Source of the DNA: an uncultured Gammaproteobacteria bacterium
GTDB taxonomy: Bacteria > Patescibacteriota > Microgenomatia > CAZXEC01
Direction of reading: 5' to 3'
DNA length: 64,000 bases
Assembly: GCA_964639595.1 (NCBI GenBank)
Contig: CAZXEC010000001.1
Coordinates: 187,750-251,749, forward strand
Positions 36,726-46,028 of the stretch are shown piece by piece. Position numbers and translations under genes: made by a program. The first letter of the stretch is position 1. Each line of letters opens with the position of its first letter. The notes beneath the pieces were generated by a model, which saw only the letters and a program-made list of their open reading frames with translations, did no database searches and was not told the DNA's origin.

Positions 36726-38183
36726 ATGCTAAATCCTCAAAATAAACTCTTTCGCTGGGGCCCAATTTCCGCTTGTCCTTTGTTTATGTACTTTACCATC
36801 TATCCGTCTTTTGCTCCCATGAAAAAACTATTTGGGATTGGCTATCCAGAGTCGGTTGTGATATTCCAGGAAAATAAAGTAACCTGGCTGCTGGATGATC
36901 AAGAATTTTATAGTCAAAGCAAAAAATTTGTCGATCAGGTCATCCTAAATAGCAAAAAAAGAACAGATTTTCTTAACCTTTGGGACAAGAAAACAGAGCA
37001 GCTAAAAGAGATCTTTGATAGATTGGATTCGCTAAAATTAACTAGCCCCACTAACTCCCAGTTAACCGAATTATTCGGTGAGTTTAATAGAATTTATTTC
37101 AACTGGTGGGCAGTTACCATGACAGTGGAGTTAGTTACCACCAGTATAGAACCGCTGTTGGGGAAAAAACTAAAAAGCTATTATCGGGATGATTCTATCA
37201 TTGAGTATAATAAGGATTTTGCCACTTTAACTTCGCCGCTGATGCTGACATTTTATCGTCAGGAACAGCTGGATTTAGCCAATGTGCTGCTGCTGCCTAA
37301 AAATAAGCAGGCAGATGCCCTAAAAAAACATCAGGAGAAGTTTTATTGGATGTATAATAGTTATCAAAAAGCTCAAATTTTAGGTTTGGATTATTTTTCA
37401 GATGAACTGTCAAAACTAGAAAAAATAGATTATCAAAATATTTTGCAGGAGATAAAAAATTATGCTGCCCATATTAAGCAGCAAAAGCAGGCTATTTTTG
37501 CTAAAATTAAACCGGATGGGCGACTGTTGACTTTAGTGGAGCTGGCAGAAACATTTTCTGCTTTGCAGGATGACCGTAAGAAATATAATTTTATAGCCGA
37601 CCATTATTTAGAACTTTTTGTTGCTGAATTTGCCTTAAGAACTCAAAAAAATATAGATGATTTAAAATTTCTCTTGCCTGATGAACTGGCTCTCTCGCTT
37701 AAGAGGGTTAATATGAAATTAATACAAGCAAGACAAAAATGTTTTGTGATGACTTGCCAGGGAGATAAGATTAGTAATGTAGTTGGCGACCAAGGGCAGG
37801 CTATAGCTGGCGTGTTTGCCAATATTGATGATGTTGAAGAGAGTGTTATTCATGGAATTTTAGCATCCGCCGGCGATAGTTATTATTTCCGGTCAACAGC
37901 CAAAATTATATTAACAATAGACCAGATATCTAAATTACTTGACGGAGAAATTTTAGTGACTACCATGACCAGTCCTGATTTTGTTATTGGGATGAAGAGA
38001 GCCGGTGCGATCATTACAGATATAGGCGGTATTTTGTCACATGCGGCAATTATATCCAGGGAATTAGGCAAACCATGCATTGTGGGCACTAAAATTGCCA
38101 CCAAAGTAATCCATGATGGCGACGTGGTAGAACTTCATTGCGCCAAGGGTACTGTCAAAATAATCAAGCAGGCAAAAAATTAA
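36726..38183 (+). CDS. PEP-utilizing enzyme mobile (phospho-His swivel) domain protein
   Basis: C-terminal GEILVTTMTSPD, ITDIGGILSHAAIISRELGKPCIVG; helical N-terminus; no ATP-grasp recognised. Confidence 0.8.
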   Translation: MLNPQNKLFRWGPISACPLFMYFTIYPSFAPMKKLFGIGYPESVVIFQENKVTWLLDDQEFYSQSKKFVDQVILNSKKRTDFLNLWDKKTEQLKEIFDRLDSLKLTSPTNSQLTELFGEFNRIYFNWWAVTMTVELVTTSIEPLLGKKLKSYYRDDSIIEYNKDFATLTSPLMLTFYRQEQLDLANVLLLPKNKQADALKKHQEKFYWMYNSYQKAQILGLDYFSDELSKLEKIDYQNILQEIKNYAAHIKQQKQAIFAKIKPDGRLLTLVELAETFSALQDDRKKYNFIADHYLELFVAEFALRTQKNIDDLKFLLPDELALSLKRVNMKLIQARQKCFVMTCQGDKISNVVGDQGQAIAGVFANIDDVEESVIHGILASAGDSYYFRSTAKIILTIDQISKLLDGEILVTTMTSPDFVIGMKRAGAIITDIGGILSHAAIISRELGKPCIVGTKIATKVIHDGDVVELHCAKGTVKIIKQAKN

Positions 38184-39154
38184 AGCGCTCTTACCTCTAA
38201 ACCGTTTAAGTCTATTGAGAAATCAACCTGCCGGCACCCGTTTTTCTCAAGAGTAGTAATAACTTGATGCTTCTTAGGTGGATGGCACATAAAAAGCATG
38301 TGTCCACCCCCACCTGCTCCCATGACTTTACCTCCGATGGCTCCATTGGCAAGAGCTGTTTTATATATGTCATCAATAAATGAATTAGTGGATATTGGAT
38401 TAGCGGCTATTCTAAGTTTCCATGACTCGTCAAGCAGTTCACCGATGACCACAGGTTTGTTAAGGGAATGATAAGCTTTGTCAGCTAGTTGTTTGATGAG
38501 CGTGAGAGAGTCAATAGTTTTTTGACTGTTCATAGTTTTGACTAGCTGTTGCTGTATTTTATCAGAAGGTGAACGGTGGCCCAGTGAGAAAAGAACAAAA
38601 TAATCAACAAGATTCTCCCAGCCATTTCTTAAAGTAGTAACTTGAGTTGGGAAGCCGTGTGATTGGTAATAGTTAATACCTCCCATGACGCTGGCTATTT
38701 GGTCTTGGTGACCGGTGACCCAGCCTAAATGTAATTCCATGGTTTGGGCCTTTTGGGCAATATCAAGACGGCTCTGTACAATATCCAAATATCTATTAAT
38801 GGCACCAATGGTTGCCACTGTAAAGGCGGCAGAACCACCCAAACCAGAGTGATAGCCAACATCAGATGTAGTCTCTAAGTCAAAACCACGAGGGAAATTA
38901 TAAGACCTAAAAATCTGGAGAAATAAATCATACCTGCCATCATTGTTGGGTATTTGATCTTTGATGAAAGACACCATCTTACCTGGTGTTATAATTTGGA
39001 TTTTATTATCATGACGCGGCGTTAATATAACGGTCTGTCTTAGGTTAATAGCCATATTCAAAACAGTAGTCCCATATCTTGAAGAAAATGGTTCCACGTC
39101 AGTACCACCGCAAAACAGGACTATTCTACAAGGTGCCTTGGAGATAATTCTCAT
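38180..39154 (-). CDS. GHMP kinase, HddA (heptose-7-phosphate kinase)-like
   Basis: KAPCRI..GGTDV, SGLGGS, GHQDQ, GGKVMGAGGGG. Confidence 0.85.
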   Translation of the reverse strand: MRIISKAPCRIVLFCGGTDVEPFSSRYGTTVLNMAINLRQTVILTPRHDNKIQIITPGKMVSFIKDQIPNNDGRYDLFLQIFRSYNFPRGFDLETTSDVGYHSGLGGSAAFTVATIGAINRYLDIVQSRLDIAQKAQTMELHLGWVTGHQDQIASVMGGINYYQSHGFPTQVTTLRNGWENLVDYFVLFSLGHRSPSDKIQQQLVKTMNSQKTIDSLTLIKQLADKAYHSLNKPVVIGELLDESWKLRIAANPISTNSFIDDIYKTALANGAIGGKVMGAGGGGHMLFMCHPPKKHQVITTLEKNGCRQVDFSIDLNGLEVRAL

Positions 39155-39176
39155 GCCTGAAAAATCAGCAGATATA

Positions 39177-39341
39177 TTACTTTTCTCCCACTTGTTGTTT
39201 TAACAGATCCAAAGTATTTTTCTTGGCTTCTTCGACTGTCTGGCTACTGGCCGTAGCCGCTTTTTCAAAAGTTTTTTCCGTGATGTTGTCATCTGATCCC
39301 ATGTTATCATTAGGCAGGCCGCATCCGCAGTTATAACACAT
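39177..39341 (-). CDS. small Cys-motif protein, 54 aa (absent from the ORF track)
   Basis: MCYNCGCGLPNDNMGSDDNITEKTFEKAATASSQTVEEAKKNTLDLLKQQVGEK*, with GGAGGTG Shine-Dalgarno upstream. Confidence 0.8.
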   Translation of the reverse strand: MCYNCGCGLPNDNMGSDDNITEKTFEKAATASSQTVEEAKKNTLDLLKQQVGEK

Positions 39342-39368
39342 TAAAAATCACCTCCTCCGCCCCGTGAA

Positions 39369-39409
39369 CCCCGATCCGATAATATCAGATCCCGATTCAA
39401 TCGGTGGGG
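39369..39409. repeat. degenerate intergenic cluster of the CCCCGAT..ATCGGGG element
   Basis: CCCCGATCCGATAATATCAGATCCCGATTCAATCGGTGGGG contains CCGATTCAATCGG (39392-39404). Confidence 0.6.
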
Positions 39410-39474
39410 CTTTATCGTTAAAATCATATCACATTGATTGGACTTGACCAAGCTGTTAAGATGTTTAGTAATTA

Positions 39475-40566
39475 ATGAAGCCTATGAAGGGATTTTCCAA
39501 TCTACCAATAATTGTTGCCGCCGCTTTAGCGATATTAGGAGCAGGCTGGTATTTTGCCTATCAGCAGTACAAACCAAATACAGCTCCCCCTGTAACTCAA
39601 GAAGATCCCCAAGCCAGAGAACTATCTAGCCAATCAGCCAGCCTAAAGGCCAAGATTGCTTCAGCTGCGGCTATTGGCGTGGATGTGTCCCAACTGACCG
39701 GAGTTGTTGCCGAAATTGACGAGTTGGTTATCAAAAGACTTTATGATGATGCCAGGGGAAATATTGCTACAATTTCTGCAGAAGTCGATTTGCTAATCTC
39801 CCAGAAAGCCGAAGAAGCGGCCAAAGCCCAAAGCACTGTCCCTCAACAAGCAGCAGCTATGACGTCCGGCGCCTATTCCCGACAATCAGTCCAAACCCAG
39901 GATGGCACCTTTACCGTGGATATGATAGCCGCAGACCTGGCAGCTGGCGCTAGAGTGATTACCGATGTGGGCAGTGACGGCAATTGTGCTGATGGTTGCC
40001 CGGCCTTTTCTTTGGCAGAATATGTGGCCCGCCATGGCGGTTATGCCGGAATTAACGGCACATATTTTTGTCCGCCTGATTATGCCCAGTGCGCCGGACA
40101 AACTAACTCCTTTACCTTAATGGTTTACAATAGCAGAACCAGTACTCTGATCAACGAAGATAAAAAAGACTGGACCAATGCCGGAGCTTTTTTCTTGATT
40201 GATGCAGGCAACGGTATTCATTTTTATAACCCAGCTAGCGGTTATGATGGAGCCAGCAAAAAAGCCGGTATTGCCATGCGGCCGGCTCTGGTGCAAAACA
40301 GGGGCTATGCTGTCAATGAAGGAGCCATGGAACCAAAAGAAAACACCAAGGCCAACCGGCCATTCATCGGCAACAAAGGCAGCACAGTTTATATTGGTAT
40401 TGTTAGGTCAGCCACTGTTCCGGAAGAAGCCAGGGCTCTGGCCTCTTTGGGTTTTGATAATGCCATTCACTTGGATAGCGGCGGATCAACTGCCCTTTAT
40501 CACAACGGATCATATCTTTATGGTCCGGGAAGAAAACTTCCCTCTGCTGTTATCTTTGCCAGATAA
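39475..40566 (+). CDS. membrane-anchored phosphodiester glycosidase (NAGPA-like) protein
   Basis: N-terminal TM helix and coiled coil; AGINGTYF, AIHLDSGGSTAL, GRKLP. Confidence 0.8.
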   Translation: MKPMKGFSNLPIIVAAALAILGAGWYFAYQQYKPNTAPPVTQEDPQARELSSQSASLKAKIASAAAIGVDVSQLTGVVAEIDELVIKRLYDDARGNIATISAEVDLLISQKAEEAAKAQSTVPQQAAAMTSGAYSRQSVQTQDGTFTVDMIAADLAAGARVITDVGSDGNCADGCPAFSLAEYVARHGGYAGINGTYFCPPDYAQCAGQTNSFTLMVYNSRTSTLINEDKKDWTNAGAFFLIDAGNGIHFYNPASGYDGASKKAGIAMRPALVQNRGYAVNEGAMEPKENTKANRPFIGNKGSTVYIGIVRSATVPEEARALASLGFDNAIHLDSGGSTALYHNGSYLYGPGRKLPSAVIFAR

Positions 40567-40604
40567 GTTGATTGTGTTACAATACTACCCAACTTTAGGA
40601 TTAT

Positions 40605-41789
40605 ATGGTGGAAACAGCGCCTCGCAATCAGCATTTTGATCGTCTTTATGGAGAGATAGATATTGGTCCGGAAGTTAGAGCGCTTTTGTCAACGCCGGAG
40701 TTTGTCAGACTGCACAGAGTAGCTTTAGATGCGGTACCTCATTGACTTTGCGCAACCGGAGTTACCGCCTCCAAAGCAGAGCATTCCGTGGGTGTTAGCC
40801 ATTTAGCAGAGTTGTTAAGTCGGAAAAAAGAATTTGCCGCCCACAGAGCCAATTTAATTTTTGCCGCCGCCCTGCATGATATTGCTACCCCGCCATTTTC
40901 TCATACTTCAGAGCATTTTTTATATGATTTCTTTAAAAATAATCACGAGGCTTTTGCCAAGGATATTATTTTAGATTCCCCAGAGCTAGTTCGTGTGATT
41001 ACCCAATTTGGTGGTGAGGTGGAAACTGTCGCTAACCTGATTAGCGGAGAGGCCAGACCATTGTCTGATCTGATTAACGGAACAATTGATCTGGATAATT
41101 CCCTAAGATATGGTATGAGCAAAGGGATATTATTATATCCGCCGTATAATCCGGAGCAGCTTGTCGGGGGTTTTGGGTTGACAGCTGGGCAGTTACAGCT
41201 TGCAGTCAGCCAAGCAGATCTTAGGTCTTGGGAGAACTGCCGGAAAGAGATCTATGATCATGTTTATAGCCAAGCTAACCTGGCTCCTGCTACCATGCTT
41301 TATCGGGCAATTGAGTTGGTGTACACAGATGGCGAATTGCCGAGTAGTTTCTTTTTTATGACTGATGATCAGGCCTTTGATTTTTTACTTCATGATAGAA
41401 GAGCCAGATATGTCAGCCAACTGATGGAGAATTTGGCTAGCTGGTTATTCTATCCCACGTTTTTTAGTTGGGAAAGTCACCATCCTAATTTTTCTCAACA
41501 GAAATTAACTTCTTCATGGCGGGCTCGCCGGCTACTGGCTAGTTTTATCTGCCACGAGTTTGGTTTTGAACCGCAGGAAGTAGGCGTTTATTGCGATCGC
41601 GATAAGGGTTATCGTCAGATTCACCTGCCTTTGGTGGGAGATGATGGTCAAATAAGAGACCATCAAACAGCAATACCACAAAAGCATATGATAAAAGTTT
41701 TTATCCATCCCAAATATGAACAGGATGGTGACAAAATTGCCAGTTTTTGTAGTAAGATTTTGAATGAAAGTGTAAGGGTGGGATTTTAA
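40605..41789 (+). pseudogene. SAMHD1-like HD phosphohydrolase (dNTPase family) interrupted by in-frame TGA (40743-40745)
   Basis: In-frame upstream segment MVETAPRNQHFDRLYGEI..TPEFVRLHRV..PH*LCATGVTASKAEHSVGV joins ORF 40788..41789 (ALHDIATPPFSH). Confidence 0.8.
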
Positions 41790-41830
41790 TCAGTTGCCTT
41801 CCTGGTCTGGTAGTTGTAATATTAAATCAG

Positions 41831-42022
41831 ATGATTAAAAAAAGAGGCAAAATTTGGGTGTTATTATCCAAAACCACCGGCCGGGTTCTGGGGCATCATC
41901 AATCCAAAGCCTCGGCCCAAAAACAGGAAAGAGCCATCCAAATTTCCAAAGCCCGGGCAGCCGGACACCGGATCCCTCGCTTGCCTCGCCGAGTTAAGGC
42001 GGGCCGTCCCCGGTATAAATAA
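41831..42022 (+). CDS. small, very basic hypothetical protein
   Basis: 63-aa ATG ORF fills the gap and ends 6 nt before the NAD kinase gene. Confidence 0.6.
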   Translation: MIKKRGKIWVLLSKTTGRVLGHHQSKASAQKQERAIQISKARAAGHRIPRLPRRVKAGRPRYK

Positions 42023-42028
42023 TCACAT

Positions 42029-42736
42029 ATGAGAGTATTGTTGTTTGGTAAAAACTCTCAAGATCTTTCCGGACATTTAGCCAAATTAAACCTGGTGCCA
42101 GTTTCCCAAAATCCGGAAGTTGTTATTACTTATGGCGGCGATGGCACCTTGCTGGAGGCGGAAAGAAAATTTCCCCAAGTACCAAAATTACCCATTCGCC
42201 ACAGCCAGAATTGCCACTATTGCGCCAGTCACACCCAGCAAATGTTATTGGAAAAATTAAAAAACCAGCAACTTAACAGCCAAAAGTTTTTTAAATTGGC
42301 AGCAGTGGCAGGGCAGAGACGGGCCTTAGCGTTAAATGAGATCGGAGTTTTACATCAGCTTTTATATCAGGGCATCAGATTCCAAGTCAAAATCAACAGG
42401 CAGGATGTAGCCGGAACAATTATCGGTGATGGAGTAGTTGTAGCCACACCTTTTGGTTCTTCTGGATATTTTCAGAGTATCACAGGTAAGACCTTTACCT
42501 CCGGTATTGGGGTGGCTTTTTCCAATACTGTCAGCCATCTTAAATACAGAGTTGTTGATGAAAAAAGTTCAATTGAGGTATTGATCGTTCGCGGCCCGGC
42601 TCAAGTTACTAATGATAACAATCCTGATCTGATCCAACTGGTAGAAGGAGATAAGATATCAATCACCAGATCACCGCAGACGGCTGTAATCCTGTCAGAC
42701 TCCTTATCCTGCTTAGATTGTGCAAAGACTCATTAA
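42029..42736 (+). CDS. nadK: NAD kinase
   Basis: GGDGTLL, ALNE, GDGVVVATPFGSSGY. Confidence 0.85.
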   Translation: MRVLLFGKNSQDLSGHLAKLNLVPVSQNPEVVITYGGDGTLLEAERKFPQVPKLPIRHSQNCHYCASHTQQMLLEKLKNQQLNSQKFFKLAAVAGQRRALALNEIGVLHQLLYQGIRFQVKINRQDVAGTIIGDGVVVATPFGSSGYFQSITGKTFTSGIGVAFSNTVSHLKYRVVDEKSSIEVLIVRGPAQVTNDNNPDLIQLVEGDKISITRSPQTAVILSDSLSCLDCAKTH

Positions 42737-42754
42737 TATATTAAAATTGGCCCG

Positions 42755-43852
42755 ATGGATTCTTTAAAAAAGCAAATAGCAGATCTGATCTTGAGGTTTA
42801 ATTCCTTAAAACACGCCCTGGCTCTGGATAAAAAGCAGATCAAAATAAGAGAACTGGAGGCTGATTCTGCCAAAGCTGATTTCTGGCAGGACTCCACACA
42901 AGCCGGCCAGCTGATGAAAGAACTGGCCTTACTGCAAGAAGAAAAAGCCACGGTAGAAAAATTAGATAAAAAAATTAATGACTGCCTGTCGATGTTGGAT
43001 CTAGCTAAGGATGAGTTGGCAACAGCCGATGAAACTATTAAAGCTGAATTAGAAAAAGCCATTAAAGAAATTGATAAACTCTTAACCCAGCAGGAGTTCA
43101 AGATTTTTTTGTCAGGAGAATATGATAAATCCGATGCTATTTTATCAATTCATGCCGGACAAGGCGGCACTGAAGCTATGGATTGGGTGACAATGCTGTT
43201 GAGGATGTATACCAGATATATTGAAAATAAGGGTTGGAGGTATGAAATCATTGATCAAACACCCGGAGAAGAAGCGGGCTTAAAAAGTGTAACTTTGTCA
43301 GTCGCTGGTCATTATTCTTATGGTTTTCTGAAAGGCGAGGCCGGGGCCCATAGGCTGGTGCGCCAGTCACCTTTTAACGCCAATAACTTACGGCAAACTT
43401 CCTTTGCCTTGGTAGAAGTAATGCCGCAAGTAGAAGATGACAGCCAGATCATAGTTAAAGAGGAAGATATTGAGTTTGAGGCTTTTCGTTCCGGTGGTCA
43501 TGGCGGCCAGAATGTTAACAAAGTTTCAACAGCTGTTAGGATTAAACATCTGCCGACAGGTCTTGTGGTAGCGTCACAATCTCAAAGGTATCAGGCCCAA
43601 AACAGGGCCAATGCTATGAAACTGCTCAAGGCCAAACTGTGGATTCTTAAAGAAGAGCAGTTACAAAAAGAGAAAAAACAGCTCAAAGGCGAATATAAAA
43701 TTGCCGGCTGGGGTAATCAAATCAGGTCGTATGTGCTGCACCCGTATCACCTGGTTAAAGACTTGCGCACCAGCTATGAGACTTCCCAAGCCCAAGCAGT
43801 GCTTGATGGAGAACTGGAGGATTTTATCCAAACTGAAATCCGTCAACTTTAG
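42755..43852 (+). CDS. prfB: peptide chain release factor 2, continuous ORF
   Basis: SPF anticodon mimic (VRQSPF), GGQNVNK, WGNQIRSY. Confidence 0.96.
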   Translation: MDSLKKQIADLILRFNSLKHALALDKKQIKIRELEADSAKADFWQDSTQAGQLMKELALLQEEKATVEKLDKKINDCLSMLDLAKDELATADETIKAELEKAIKEIDKLLTQQEFKIFLSGEYDKSDAILSIHAGQGGTEAMDWVTMLLRMYTRYIENKGWRYEIIDQTPGEEAGLKSVTLSVAGHYSYGFLKGEAGAHRLVRQSPFNANNLRQTSFALVEVMPQVEDDSQIIVKEEDIEFEAFRSGGHGGQNVNKVSTAVRIKHLPTGLVVASQSQRYQAQNRANAMKLLKAKLWILKEEQLQKEKKQLKGEYKIAGWGNQIRSYVLHPYHLVKDLRTSYETSQAQAVLDGELEDFIQTEIRQL

Positions 43853-43941
43853 CGCTTTTGTTAGCCCGATTTACCAATGCTAAACATCCTGCATAAATAT
43901 CTAACATTTGAAAATTAAATGGTCGGTATGTTAATATTTGA

Positions 43942-44883
43942 ATGATGGACGCAGAGCAACCAGAGGAAGTCTCCAGAGTAAATCTCCAAGAAACCACAAG
44001 GGGGAGGGTGGACGTAGAACCTGTTGTTGTGGGGCATAGACGAAGAGGGGCACGAGAAGAAAATTTAGGACTTCTGGTACGCGGACTTCGTAAGAAAGGT
44101 CATTTAACGCAGGTTGAGTTTGCTGAGAAAGTTGCCGCTATGTTAGGAAAGCCAGTGGAACAGCCGCTTATTGCTCGCCTGGAAGCAGGAATTCACCGTC
44201 CCAAACTAGAAGAAATTAGAGCTATTCTAGATGTTGCTCGGATAGACCCAATCGAAGAAAGTAGGGTTTTATACACAGCCGGCTATCTTCCAACTAAAGA
44301 GGATTTGGAGAAAAACAAAAGCTCCTTTGATGTACTATTGAAAGACTGGTCAGAGAGAGGATTGCCCTGCGCAGTTATAGACGCGATGGGATGGAGATAT
44401 GTAGCTTGGAATGAAGAGGCGGATAAGCTGTTTCATCTAAGTCAAGCCCAAAAAAGGAAGGAGCAAAAAGGCATAACCGGAAATGAAGAGGACGAACTGT
44501 ACGGTTATCCCCAACTTCTAGAGTTGATTTTAGATCCATCATCAGACTTTCATAAACTGGTCTTTAGTGCAGGGAAAGAGGCAGGGATGAATTTCGCTGC
44601 ACAGCAGCTGAATAACTTTTTTTATCAAACCGAACCATGGCGCCGTCTGCCTTGGTTGAATCGGATGAAAGAAGATATCCGCAAGACTCCTTATTATTCA
44701 GAAATTGCATTGCTGCGAAGGCAACACCTGCTTACTTCTGTGTGGATTTCCTACGGCTTTACCGAGATACCAATAATCCACGAAAGCGAGAAGAGAATTC
44801 TTGCAGAGTTTTCCACTGAACTAAATACCGATTTTCGTTTTGAAACTTTGAGATACCTCTTTTTCCTCCCAAGAGGCCAGTGA
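43942..44883 (+). CDS. XRE-type HTH regulator with PAS-like (MmyB-like) C-terminal domain
   Basis: LRKKGHLTQVEFAE..IARLEAGIHRP, then PCAVID..WRYVAWNEEA. Confidence 0.7.
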   Translation: MMDAEQPEEVSRVNLQETTRGRVDVEPVVVGHRRRGAREENLGLLVRGLRKKGHLTQVEFAEKVAAMLGKPVEQPLIARLEAGIHRPKLEEIRAILDVARIDPIEESRVLYTAGYLPTKEDLEKNKSSFDVLLKDWSERGLPCAVIDAMGWRYVAWNEEADKLFHLSQAQKRKEQKGITGNEEDELYGYPQLLELILDPSSDFHKLVFSAGKEAGMNFAAQQLNNFFYQTEPWRRLPWLNRMKEDIRKTPYYSEIALLRRQHLLTSVWISYGFTEIPIIHESEKRILAEFSTELNTDFRFETLRYLFFLPRGQ

Positions 44884-44896
44884 ATTTCTCTAAGGT

Positions 44897-45004
44897 TTAC
44901 CCCAGTTCGGCACTTTCTCTAGAAACAACTATAAATAATAACGATACCGAATCAGCCCGAAAAAGTTCAGATTCGTTTAGATCTATTACATGTATTCTTC
45001 TCAT
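44897..45004 (-). CDS. putative 35-aa small protein
   Basis: AAGGAGGTG just upstream of ATG; MRRIHVIDLNESELFRADSVSLLFIVVSRESAELG*. Confidence 0.35.
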   Translation of the reverse strand: MRRIHVIDLNESELFRADSVSLLFIVVSRESAELG

Positions 45005-45058
45005 GGCACCTCCTTCCCAACGCACATTTTAGAAGAATGTGTTCTACATGTGTTTACA

Positions 45059-45088
45059 CAATCCGTAGCCTTGCAAGGCTACGGATTG
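45059..45088. repeat. perfect 30-bp palindrome
   Basis: CAATCCGTAGCCTTGCAAGGCTACGGATTG equals its own reverse complement. Confidence 0.85.
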
Positions 45089-45133
45089 ATGTTTGCCTTG
45101 TCAGGTGATTTCACCTCGTGCTAGAATAATGAT

Positions 45134-45343
45134 GTGCAAGAGACTGTCCCATCAATGCCGACAACATTTTCGCTACCTCCTGCTCCCATGGTATATTCTC
45201 CTGAAGAGCATGGAAGTTTTTTTAGTGTCATTTTTCTCGTAACTGTTTTTTTAGTTGGTCTTATTTCAGGCTATATACTGGCGCAAGCAAACTGGCAAAC
45301 ACCGCCTTTGATAATCAGTAGTGAATCTCAAACAGAAAAATAA
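45134..45343 (+). CDS. small single-TM protein upstream of ftsE
   Basis: Hydrophobic stretch FFSVIFLVTVFLVGLISGYILA; TGnTAGAAT 6 nt before GTG. Confidence 0.6.
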   Translation: MQETVPSMPTTFSLPPAPMVYSPEEHGSFFSVIFLVTVFLVGLISGYILAQANWQTPPLIISSESQTEK

Positions 45344-45344
45344 T

Positions 45345-46028
45345 ATGCTGAAGTTTGATAAAGTCACAAAACATTTTGGTACCGGTTATGAGGCATTAAC
45401 TGATGTTGATTTAGAGATCGAACCATCAGAGTTTGTTTTTATAATTGGGCCTTCGGGAGCTGGTAAAACTACCTTATTAAAACTGATCACCAAGGAGCTG
45501 ACTCCCAGCAGCGGATCAATTTATTTTGGCGATTGGGATCTGGTTAATTTGCCTTCCTCATACATACCCCAACTAAGACGTAGAGTGGCTACGGTTTTCC
45601 AAGATTTCCGTCTCTTGACAGACCGGACGGTTAGAGAAAATGTGGCTTTGACACTTGAGGTGTTAGGTCAAAAAGTGGAAGATATACAGGAGGATGTCAA
45701 TCAAATACTGGAGATGGTGGGACTGGCTGGTAAGGGTGAAACTTTCCCCAGTCAATTGTCAGGAGGAGAAGCTCAAAAAGTGGTCATTGCCAGAGCGCTG
45801 GTTGCTAAACCGGAAGTGATTTTAGCAGATGAACCGACAGGTAATCTTGATCTTGGCACAGCCAGGTCGATTATGAAGTTGCTAGAAGATATCAATAAAG
45901 CAGGTACCACGATCATGATGGCTACTCATAATGCCGATCTTGTTAATGAAATGGAAAAGCGGGTGATACGCCTAGATAAAGGTAGAGTAACTTCAGATCG
46001 CAAAAAAGGAAAATACAAAGATGATTGA
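45345..46028 (+). CDS. ftsE: cell division ATP-binding protein FtsE
   Basis: GPSGAGKTT, VFQDFRLL, LSGGE, ADEPTGNLD; adjacent to ftsX. Confidence 0.93.
   Translation: MLKFDKVTKHFGTGYEALTDVDLEIEPSEFVFIIGPSGAGKTTLLKLITKELTPSSGSIYFGDWDLVNLPSSYIPQLRRRVATVFQDFRLLTDRTVRENVALTLEVLGQKVEDIQEDVNQILEMVGLAGKGETFPSQLSGGEAQKVVIARALVAKPEVILADEPTGNLDLGTARSIMKLLEDINKAGTTIMMATHNADLVNEMEKRVIRLDKGRVTSDRKKGKYKDD

Noticed and set aside
40743-40745. TGA recoding (genetic code 25 or selenocysteine)
   Set aside because: TGA ends several intact genes here (pduO, lon, serS), no other gene needs TGA readthrough, and the other interrupted gene has TAA.
43864-43873. Half-sites such as CCCGATTTA (also near 58434 and 61667)
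   Set aside because: They lack the second arm and flanking duplication, and could arise by chance.
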